64,000 nt of DNA, taken from the NCBI GenBank assembly GCA_002507175.1, contig DAZE01000021.1, positions 26,695 to 90,694 on the forward strand, in the 5' to 3' direction. Source of the stretch: Euryarchaeota archaeon UBA558. GTDB taxonomy: Archaea; Thermoplasmatota; Poseidoniia; Poseidoniales; Thalassarchaeaceae. Below the pieces are notes generated by a model. It was given only the letters and a program-made list of their open reading frames with translations, did not search any database and was not told the origin of the DNA. Made by a program: the position numbers and the translations under genes. Each line of letters begins with the position of its first letter. Positions within the stretch are counted from its first letter, which is position 1. Positions 17,548 to 25,483 of the stretch are shown here, in pieces.

Positions 17548-19116
17548 TCACAATACATTCAGGCAGAAACGCATCTCGTTTTCAACAAAATTCTCACTCG
17601 TTTCCAGTCTACCTATCCACTGGATGGGCTCACCGGCCGTTGCCTGTTGGCTCGTTTCTGTCCCATCACCAAGTAAGCACAGTCTTTCACTTGTTCCCGA
17701 CCTCTCTATCCACTGGAGCCCCTCATCGTCCATCACCACTACGCCCATTATCGAGACCCTGTTGCCGATCTCCCACTTCCAAGTCTCATAACCGTCCCCC
17801 CAACCGAGCTGACTTGGATAAGGGAGGTCCCCCAAGGTCCAAGATCGGGCTTCAAGTATAACTCTGCCACTGCTCTCGGACCACAGCACCGTTGCGTTGA
17901 AACGGATGCTCTGACCGACTTCGATGTATCCCTCGAATCCTCCAATCAACTCTATCCTCAGCTGAGTAGTACGATCAAAATATGTCTCGGCATCTCCAAC
18001 GTAGCCCTTGGGATAATCGTTGGATATCGTGCCTGTGACCCAACCATCGAAGGTAAAAGCGCTGCCTACGTATCTGAAGGGGTCGGAAGCCACTTCAGCA
18101 AGGGGGATTGCGTCGACAGAATTTCTTATTGGGTTCCGGACCTCTGCATCATATCCCCGATCCAAGCAAATTGCGGACTCATCTGTGGACCAAATTAGCC
18201 TGCCAGTCCAAACCGTGCTCATGCCCACTGTTACATTTTCTAGGTCTGAGGAAGAGGGCAGCATGCACAGACGATCGCCGACATTAGGCCCAACCAGAGT
18301 CCACCCACTTTCTTCCGTCTCGACAGATGCCTCAATCTGTACTAGTTTGCCAACTTCATAGCTAAGCGACTGCGGATCTATATCCCAGTCCAGAAGCACC
18401 GTGGTTCCTGCGTTTAGAACGTCCACTGCTAAGGCTTGTACTAGGAGCCTATACCTTAGAGATCTTTGGTCGTATTGTATCCATCCTGTGACCTCCACAT
18501 GGCTTCCTGATTCTACCCAGTCCGAGGGGCGACCTTCTATCTGCATGTACAACAAATGATCCGCGTTTCCATATGCGGGGTTGTCCATAAGAGAAAGGGA
18601 GTGATAAGCAACGTCGGGATTCATTGATTCACTCAGATACCCATCAACTCTTATCGATTCATTCACCCATTTCGAGGGATTCATCGCTACCTCCACTAAC
18701 TGAAGGCTCTCATATTCGATATTCATGCACCCAGTGCCGCCGCCATTCTGTTTACATTGGATTGCACCATATCCATTCGAAGCTAACCAGATTCTGCCAT
18801 TCCACTCGCTCACCTCACCTTCGACGGTCACCAGCGTACCGACTGGAGGAACGGGGTGATCCTTGTCTACCAACCAACGTACCTCCACCATTGAGTGACC
18901 TTCTATCTCCCTAACTTGCAAGTCGATCCTGTCAGCTTGTTCACCGTATGGATCGATCACATAACTGGTCAACACGCCTTCTACTTTCACGGTCTCGCGT
19001 GGGTATTCGTGGATGTCATCGATATCTATCAAGTCGGGTTCTCTAATTACCGCATAGAAATTCATTGCGGACACCAATAAAAGAGAAGTGAAAAACATCA
19101 CCCACATCTTCGCCAT
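17548..19116 (-). CDS. signal-anchored surface protein with tandem OB-fold-like modules
   Basis: 522 aa with N-terminal TM MWVMFFTSLLLVSAMNFYAV. The pattern '(V/I)x(V/I)xGx(V/L)...G(R/x)(I/V)(W/L)L' recurs about 8-9 times, for example VKVEGVL, VTVEGEVSEWNGRIWL, IRVDGYL, VEVTGWI, VQIEASV, FDGWVTG, VSIMGVVV and IQWIGRL. Confidence 0.6.
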   Translation of the reverse strand: MAKMWVMFFTSLLLVSAMNFYAVIREPDLIDIDDIHEYPRETVKVEGVLTSYVIDPYGEQADRIDLQVREIEGHSMVEVRWLVDKDHPVPPVGTLVTVEGEVSEWNGRIWLASNGYGAIQCKQNGGGTGCMNIEYESLQLVEVAMNPSKWVNESIRVDGYLSESMNPDVAYHSLSLMDNPAYGNADHLLYMQIEGRPSDWVESGSHVEVTGWIQYDQRSLRYRLLVQALAVDVLNAGTTVLLDWDIDPQSLSYEVGKLVQIEASVETEESGWTLVGPNVGDRLCMLPSSSDLENVTVGMSTVWTGRLIWSTDESAICLDRGYDAEVRNPIRNSVDAIPLAEVASDPFRYVGSAFTFDGWVTGTISNDYPKGYVGDAETYFDRTTQLRIELIGGFEGYIEVGQSIRFNATVLWSESSGRVILEARSWTLGDLPYPSQLGWGDGYETWKWEIGNRVSIMGVVVMDDEGLQWIERSGTSERLCLLGDGTETSQQATAGEPIQWIGRLETSENFVENEMRFCLNVL

Positions 19117-19213
19117 GTCTGTGCTCTGGAGCAGGAGATGCTTGAACCTTGATGCTGTATTGATGATATGTCATTAAGAACATACAAATCTGTGAAGTGT
19201 CAGGACACCCCAA

Positions 19214-19290
19214 GGACCCGTAGCTCAGTTGGTTAGAGCGCCCGGCTCATAACCGGGTGGTCATCGGTTCAAATCCGGTCGGGTCCACCA
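19214..19290 (+). tRNA. tRNA with CAT anticodon (elongator Met, or Ile2 if C34 is modified); CCA encoded
   Basis: Manual cloverleaf fold. The acceptor stem pairs GGACCCG with CGGGTCC. The D-loop is AGCTCAGTTGGTTAGAGC. The anticodon stem CCCGG/CCGGG carries the loop CTCATAA. The T-arm is GGTTCAAATCC. Discriminator A is followed by CCA. It lacks the initiator features A1:U72 and G29-31. Confidence 0.9.
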
Positions 19291-19369
19291 GAAAATATTC
19301 TGTTAGCTATTGGGGCCAATCCAATACCCTCACAAATGACTCATATTCTATTCATGGCTGAAGAACCGC

Positions 19370-19375
19370 TAAATA
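19370..19375 (+). promoter_or_regulatory. TATA-like box (TAAATA) about 27 nt upstream of the ATG at 19399
   Basis: The spacing is consistent with a leaderless or short-leader archaeal transcript. Judged from sequence only. Confidence 0.3.
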
Positions 19376-19398
19376 CGGCTTATTCGTAAGCCTGCATT

Positions 19399-20352
19399 AT
19401 GTCACGGCGCAAGTCAGCACGAGGAGCGGTCATGATACTCGTTGTGTACCTTCTCAGCACATGGGCAGGCGCCGCTGCGGTGCAGGCTCAGGGCGCCGGG
19501 GCCGTGCCTGACATTACCCTAACCTGCTCCCAACCCTCCCCAATCGATGTGGAACCCGGGTCACCACGATCCACCTTAGTGAACTGCAACCTCGAGAACC
19601 CCTCAGTGCATCAGGTCAAGGTCGAGATAAGGATACAGGCCGGCAACCTCGCATACTCAGGTCCTGCCAGCGTGACCGTCGGCAATGGCCTTTCAGCCTC
19701 ATTCCAAGTCACGCTAAGAGCAGACTTGAGGGCCCCCGAGGGATCCCAGACAGTCGCGATTACAGCAGAGGTGACTCAGGCAAATGGCGTCCCTGTCACA
19801 AGCTCACCATCAACCTATACCGTCCTTGCCATCATCCGTCAGTTCAGCAGACTGAGAGTCGAGAGCGATGTTGCTTTCATCCAGCTCAGGCCCAAAGTCG
19901 ACACGAATCTAGTGTTCGCCGTTCACAATGACGGAAACGCGATGGACAGGTTTGCGATAGGGATAGATAACCGGGAGGAACTCAACGACGAGGGTTTCCA
20001 ACTCAGCATCCCCCTAGTTTCGGTAGAGATCGAGTCAATGGCCCCCCCTCAGAAGATATATGTTCAGATGAGGACTCCTAAGAATCAAGGTTGGACCGAT
20101 AAATATTACAACCTGAATTTCAAAGCCACCAGCGACTATTCCATCAAGACCGTTGGAATTGCGGATTTCCAGATCCAGACTATGACCATCTACATCAGAG
20201 GCATTTACCTCCCAGGGTTCGAGCTGGTTGGGACGATGATGATATCAGCATTGGCCGCAGCAGCACTCGCTGGTCGTGGGGCAAGGGAAGGTGAAGACGA
20301 TGCCATCGATGAAAATGGCAATGTTATCCCATTGGAGCCCCTGACACTCTGA
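19399..20352 (+). CDS. secreted surface protein with CARDB/NEW3-like beta-sandwich look and a PGF-type C-terminal anchor-like segment
   Basis: Signal peptide MILVVYLLSTWAGAAAVQAQ. VFAVHNDGNAMDRFAIGI resembles CARDB-type strands. The C-terminus is LPGFELVGTMMISALAAAALAGRGAR followed by an acidic tail. Confidence 0.7.
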   Translation: MSRRKSARGAVMILVVYLLSTWAGAAAVQAQGAGAVPDITLTCSQPSPIDVEPGSPRSTLVNCNLENPSVHQVKVEIRIQAGNLAYSGPASVTVGNGLSASFQVTLRADLRAPEGSQTVAITAEVTQANGVPVTSSPSTYTVLAIIRQFSRLRVESDVAFIQLRPKVDTNLVFAVHNDGNAMDRFAIGIDNREELNDEGFQLSIPLVSVEIESMAPPQKIYVQMRTPKNQGWTDKYYNLNFKATSDYSIKTVGIADFQIQTMTIYIRGIYLPGFELVGTMMISALAAAALAGRGAREGEDDAIDENGNVIPLEPLTL

Positions 20353-20418
20353 ATGACCATCTGTGTGTCCAAAGCGGCGACTGCTTCATAACCGGCCCAT
20401 CATCGTGGGGGTACCAAC

Positions 20419-21648
20419 ATGTCTAATGGCGGACTCCTCGAGAAAGCGGCGAATCAACAAACTGGTGATGCAAACCTAGGGGGCCCGCCGAACACAGCCA
20501 TCACTTCGACAACAGATGACGGAGGTTCTAAGTCCACAACGAGGCTATTTGGGCTTATTTTTGGAGGGATGGTTGCCCCGTATTTCGTCGTGATGTGGTT
20601 TGGTGGCGTTTTCCTGGGTGATGATACTGCTGCCACTGTCTCCGTTGGCTTCCTATCTTTCGTTGTACTGGCAATTGCGGGAACTGGAATCTGGTTCATA
20701 TCTGGCCGACCTGCTCCAGCATCCATACAGACTGTCGCAATCGGACTCACCTTCATCCTGTTATTGTCCAGTAACTTCGCCATAGCCCTACTTCTGACCG
20801 GTGAAATGTCCCTAGGGGAGATTCAGCACGACGAGGATAACGACGAGCTTGTTGTCAAAATCAGGCAAAATGGTGGCAGTGGGACATACGACGCATCCGT
20901 TTCAATCACTCAGGGAAGTTATGCATACGCCTCAGAAATGGAGATTTCCATCAACAGGGAAGATGGCCAGGGTGACTTTGGCTGGCTGAAGATCCCCATC
21001 CAAGACTTCTACAATCAAAACGCCCTTCCCCTTTCTGACTACACTATGTCCATCCAAGTCGATGGGAACACATGGACGAGGACTCTCGATGCCAATGTAC
21101 TATCCAGAACAATTACAGGAAGCGATGTCTCTGCGAACCCCTCTTTCAAAACCCAGGACTGCGAGGGATCTGCAAAAGATCAATGCTTGTCAGGAGTGGG
21201 TTTGAGCGTCTCAGCCGGACTGCTTGGCTCCTCCCAGGACTTCATAGCTGGGATGCCGCTAGCCGATTACGACCTCAAAGTCTCAATGACCTTTGATGGC
21301 TCAACTGCAGTGGATTACCCCCAGGTACAGGTTCGTCACACATCCGCTGTTTGGCAATCCAATGGGGGGGAGTATGGCTCAGGGACAGGATACGTCGGCG
21401 ACGACGGACCCACACTCGTTCTTGGTGGAAGTGTGATTGCTTCAGACATAAACCAACCCATCATAGTGAAAGACGACTGGTCTGACTCAGGATTTGGATG
21501 CTACGAAGTCACGGTCTCTGTGACGAATCTATCACCTTGGTCAACAGAAACAGTAGAACACACAACACTCTATCTCTATGAGGAGACAAACATGAATGAT
21601 GCCGGGCAATATACCTCCGAGAGCTGGACAGAAGTTCAATCATGTTGA
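20419..21648 (+). CDS. hypothetical membrane protein (about 3-4 N-terminal TM segments plus a large ectodomain)
   Basis: 409-aa ORF with hydrophobic segments between aa 43 and 130, then a Ser/Thr/Asp-rich domain. No family recognised. Confidence 0.65.
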   Translation: MSNGGLLEKAANQQTGDANLGGPPNTAITSTTDDGGSKSTTRLFGLIFGGMVAPYFVVMWFGGVFLGDDTAATVSVGFLSFVVLAIAGTGIWFISGRPAPASIQTVAIGLTFILLLSSNFAIALLLTGEMSLGEIQHDEDNDELVVKIRQNGGSGTYDASVSITQGSYAYASEMEISINREDGQGDFGWLKIPIQDFYNQNALPLSDYTMSIQVDGNTWTRTLDANVLSRTITGSDVSANPSFKTQDCEGSAKDQCLSGVGLSVSAGLLGSSQDFIAGMPLADYDLKVSMTFDGSTAVDYPQVQVRHTSAVWQSNGGEYGSGTGYVGDDGPTLVLGGSVIASDINQPIIVKDDWSDSGFGCYEVTVSVTNLSPWSTETVEHTTLYLYEETNMNDAGQYTSESWTEVQSC

Positions 21649-23319
21649 TTGAGAACGCTTCATCAGGTATACACCGATCAAAACCCCGACACCTGCCATT
21701 GCCACCAATGCTGGAACCACACTGCCTGCGTCACTCTCTTCTTTATACTGGAAATCAATCAGGGGGGTCGTGATCGAACCACCTCCCCAGTAGTCTTCGA
21801 TTACCAGTTGGCTAGGAGTGAGGATAGTACATGTCAACGCCATTTCACCCTCGCCGACAGGCGTCCAGTTAATTGGGAAAATCGAGCTATCACCAGACTC
21901 AACCAAGCCGCCCACATATGCATCGCCAATTGACTGCCTAAGCCCTGTCTGAGCGTCATCGCAGACGAAATAGACAATTGCATCCGCGTTTCCTGTGTTG
22001 GAGATTGTCAGATTCGCCCTCCAACCTTCATTGGGATCAGCACCCAGATTCTCTCCGTGATCTACTGAGAGGATCCGAATATCCGGAGTTTCCCAGGAAA
22101 CGATGTCAGGCGAACCTGCCATGGCAATTATGTTGCTCTTGTTCCAATCGATTGCTACTCGGCCCCCATAATCCTGGACTTCCGATTGGGGATTCCATGC
22201 AGTCCGGAAGGACTCTGTTGTAATGAAAGCCTCCTCGATCCAAATCGGGGATTGGCTGTATTGCTCGGAATCTAATGCCCAGCCAATCTCAACAACCCTT
22301 TCTATTCCTGACCCGACAAGCCCCAGACCATTTCGATCGGATATAAGAGAGCCCACATTCGATTGTTGGTATCCAAGCCCATCGACTCTGTATACGACAT
22401 CGGAGGACGAAAACTCCACCATTTGTTGCCCAACTCTCCTCTCCCACCTATCAGTTAAACCACCTGTCCAGTTTACCGAATCTGCTGACAGCTTCGTTGA
22501 GGGGCCCATTCTAAGGTCATGGTCGTCCATTGACCAACCTACTGAGACGTTGGACAGGGATATGTTTGCCGTATTCGACATGGCAATTATGGGAGTGCTT
22601 CGATTCAGAGCCGTCTGGGAAATGATAGTTTTGCCATCGAGTTGTAAATTTCCACCTAACATAGTAGATCTCGAAATGTGGACAGAGCCACTAGAGACGA
22701 TTTCATACCCTGCTGTGCCATATGGCCTCATGTTCCTCGTCTCCAACTCAATGCCTGGTATCTGAACAGTGCTTGAATCATCGAACTCCAACTCCAACCC
22801 TGCTATCCCCATGCTGCTCGTGGGGTGGCCTAGAACTGTGATCCAGGCATCATTTGCCTCCGAATCAAATTCCAACACCAATTCAGACTCGTTCCCATAA
22901 ATCGACTCGCCATCGTTTACTACAAACTCAAAACCAAAGAAGGACCCCCCTTGAAACGGGGAGATGGTGGCTCTGAAATCCTCATCATAGTCACTTGCGG
23001 GAATCATGAAGGATGAGGCGCTGCTTCCGATTCCGTGACCGAAGCCCACGATACCCTTTGGGGGTTCGGGGGTTGTTATTTCTGAATCAGATATCATCAA
23101 TGTCGCCCCTTCTTCTACAACAATCCTTGATCCCGCCTCCATACTTACAACTGAATTCTCAATGGTCAACGAGAAGCCATTTGAAACTGTAATGGTACCA
23201 GAGTGGGATCTATCTGTATCCCAAATTATGTCTGAGGAAATTTGGTTCTGCTGCCCACTGACGTTCATTGACAAGGCCATCATCAAGGCAATCAGTACCG
23301 CACATCCAGTGACTCGCAT
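21640..23319 (-). CDS. hypothetical secreted protein, C-terminal TM anchor
   Basis: 559 aa with signal peptide CAVLIALMMALSMNVSGQ and beta-helix-like N-terminal strands (TITVSNGFSLTIENSVVSMEAGSRIVVEEGATLMISDS). The C-terminal TM is VPALVAMAGVGVLIGVYLMKR. Confidence 0.65.
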   Translation of the reverse strand: MRVTGCAVLIALMMALSMNVSGQQNQISSDIIWDTDRSHSGTITVSNGFSLTIENSVVSMEAGSRIVVEEGATLMISDSEITTPEPPKGIVGFGHGIGSSASSFMIPASDYDEDFRATISPFQGGSFFGFEFVVNDGESIYGNESELVLEFDSEANDAWITVLGHPTSSMGIAGLELEFDDSSTVQIPGIELETRNMRPYGTAGYEIVSSGSVHISRSTMLGGNLQLDGKTIISQTALNRSTPIIAMSNTANISLSNVSVGWSMDDHDLRMGPSTKLSADSVNWTGGLTDRWERRVGQQMVEFSSSDVVYRVDGLGYQQSNVGSLISDRNGLGLVGSGIERVVEIGWALDSEQYSQSPIWIEEAFITTESFRTAWNPQSEVQDYGGRVAIDWNKSNIIAMAGSPDIVSWETPDIRILSVDHGENLGADPNEGWRANLTISNTGNADAIVYFVCDDAQTGLRQSIGDAYVGGLVESGDSSIFPINWTPVGEGEMALTCTILTPSQLVIEDYWGGGSITTPLIDFQYKEESDAGSVVPALVAMAGVGVLIGVYLMKRSQST

Positions 23320-23400
23320 AATGAGTCACAACAGGAAGAAGGCCATCAACATCACCCTTTGCAGGTCACAGTTAAGTCACAAGTGTCTACTCATTGTCCC

Positions 23401-24078
23401 ATGGTGGGCGAGTTGTTGCCGAGCGATTCAGTCAGTTCGGTTTTGCTAAATATTGCATCAGTCATTATCTTATTCGGCCCAGCTTACCTAGCCAACACTG
23501 GTGCAATGTTGTTTGGAAAGTGGATACCAGACCTGTTAAAATTTGAGAGCCACAAGATTGACTTCGGTAGAAACTGGTCAGATGGAAACAGAATATTGGG
23601 TGACGGCAAATCATGGGAAGGATTGTTCGGAGGAGCGGTTTTGTCTGCCACCCTCACTATGATCGCACACATACTGTGGGGAGGGAGAGTAACATCCGAT
23701 CATCGTCCATTTCTGGATCCAGTTGGAATCATGCCCTCTGGTTCATTTGCGTATCACTCGGACCCATTGGCCTCGGCAGCAATAATCGGATTCATTTTGG
23801 GCCTCTCGTGTATGATTGGGGACAGCTGCGGCTCCTTTGTGAAGAGACGTAGGGGCTTGAGGAGAGAAGGTGATATCTCTTCTCGGGCCCCACTCTTGGA
23901 CACCATACCCTTCGCCATGGCCATTTTCACATGCACTGCTCTTTTATTCGAGGACACGATTTTCTTTGAAGATAGTGTAATGCCGTACGTAATTGCATTG
24001 CTTATTCTTACGCCAGTTATGCACAGGCTTACCAACATACTCGGCTATAGACTGGGGCTGAAGTCTGTGCCATATTGA
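23401..24078 (+). CDS. carS: CDP-archaeol synthase
   Basis: Motifs GPAYLANTGAMLFGK...DFGRNWSDGNRILGDGKSWEGLFGG and GDSCGSFVKRRRGL...PLLDTIPF match the CarS/DUF46 family. The ATG at 23401 is preferred over the TTG at 23359. Confidence 0.8.
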   Translation: MVGELLPSDSVSSVLLNIASVIILFGPAYLANTGAMLFGKWIPDLLKFESHKIDFGRNWSDGNRILGDGKSWEGLFGGAVLSATLTMIAHILWGGRVTSDHRPFLDPVGIMPSGSFAYHSDPLASAAIIGFILGLSCMIGDSCGSFVKRRRGLRREGDISSRAPLLDTIPFAMAIFTCTALLFEDTIFFEDSVMPYVIALLILTPVMHRLTNILGYRLGLKSVPY

Positions 24079-24091
24079 TGAATTGAGTCAT

Positions 24092-25378
24092 ATGTTACCA
24101 ATCAATGCGGCCCCCATGGAGAATGGCACCGTATTGATTGTTGGGTCAGGTGGAAGAGAGCACGCGATCTCACTCCAACTTGCTAAATCGGCTTCGGTGT
24201 CAAACATACATATTGCTCCGGGGAATGCTGGGACATCCATGCAGGGATCGAACCACGACGTAGCAGTGGATGACATGGATGGGCTATGCGAATTGGCAGT
24301 CCGAATAGGGGCAGACCTGGTCATAATTGGGCCTGAAGCACCTCTGGTGGCAGGGTTAGCCGATCGGTTGAGGCATCTGGGGATCAGTTGTTTTGGTCCG
24401 AATGCGGATGGCGCATTACTGGAAGGATCCAAGGAACATGCGAAGAGCATTATGAATAGGCTAGGGGTACCTACAGCTGGTTCTGTCATGATCGTCGAGA
24501 GTTCCCAGATCGACAGTGCGCTAGATGGTTTTTCCAAACCTTGGGTGATCAAAAGAGACGGACTAGCAGCTGGGAAAGGCGTCACGGTGACTGAGGATAT
24601 CGACGAAGCAGTAGATGCTGCGAAAAGGGCCATAGACACAGACGGAAAGGTCCTGATTGAGGAATTCTTACAAGGTGAAGAAGCATCTATCCTTGTGCTG
24701 ATGGATGAATCGGGGTTCTCCATCTTGCCGTCGAGCCAAGATCACAAAAGGCTCAACGACGGTGATAGGGGGCCCAATACAGGCGGAATGGGCGCCTATT
24801 CACCTGCCCCAGTCGCCACAAAAATTGTCATGGATCGTGTGATAAGTAGAATTGTTGAGCCAATGCATAGGTTCCTGTCCAGCAGGAGTGTCCCATATAG
24901 GGGGTGCCTCTACGTCGGTCTGATGATAGAGAATGACGATCCGAGGGTGGTAGAATTTAACGTTAGATTTGGAGATCCCGAGACCCAGGTGACACTCCCA
25001 TTAGTCCAGTCCGACTTGGGACTACTTTTGATGGCCGTCTCAGAGGGTAAATTGTCAGATTTCAAGCTTGAAATCAGTGACAAACACGCTGCGACGATAG
25101 TTCTAGCCTCTGAGGGATACCCAGAAAAACCCATTAAGGGACGGGTTGTTAGAGGAATCTACACTGAGGAAAAAGGAGTTGAGACAATAATTCACCACGC
25201 AGGCACTAAATCTCACGGAGATTTAGTTATATCATCGGGCGGCAGGGTGTTGAGTGTAACAGGCATATCTGACACCCTAGAGGAGGCGATTAAGGGTGCT
25301 TATAGCCGAATATCCAAGGTCAATTTGGAGGGTGGACACTACAGACGAGATATCGGCCATAAGGCCCTTGAGACTTAG
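24092..25378 (+). CDS. purD: phosphoribosylamine--glycine ligase
   Basis: Motifs VLIVGSGGREHAI, GPEAPLVAGLAD, ATP-grasp EEFLQGEEAS, GPNTGGMGAYSPAP and NVRFGDPETQ. Starts at 24092 or 24116 are both possible, and the track start is TTG at 24083. Confidence 0.9.
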   Translation: MLPINAAPMENGTVLIVGSGGREHAISLQLAKSASVSNIHIAPGNAGTSMQGSNHDVAVDDMDGLCELAVRIGADLVIIGPEAPLVAGLADRLRHLGISCFGPNADGALLEGSKEHAKSIMNRLGVPTAGSVMIVESSQIDSALDGFSKPWVIKRDGLAAGKGVTVTEDIDEAVDAAKRAIDTDGKVLIEEFLQGEEASILVLMDESGFSILPSSQDHKRLNDGDRGPNTGGMGAYSPAPVATKIVMDRVISRIVEPMHRFLSSRSVPYRGCLYVGLMIENDDPRVVEFNVRFGDPETQVTLPLVQSDLGLLLMAVSEGKLSDFKLEISDKHAATIVLASEGYPEKPIKGRVVRGIYTEEKGVETIIHHAGTKSHGDLVISSGGRVLSVTGISDTLEEAIKGAYSRISKVNLEGGHYRRDIGHKALET

Positions 25379-25483
25379 TTTTAGAGGTGCAATCACGTAT
25401 CGCTGATTGACACTGCAACCGTCCCGCTTAAATGGAGAGGCAAGGTGGCCGCGATGCTGGACAGCCTCGGCTGTACTGGGTGA

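Noticed and set aside
19117-19398. tRNA gene as an integration hotspot or genomic-island border
   Set aside because: No integrase, no direct repeat of the tRNA 3' end, and no transposase was seen nearby. The flanking genes look native.
24088-24723. 211-aa minus-strand ORF
   Set aside because: It is antisense to purD, which has clear ATP-grasp motifs, so it is a shadow ORF.
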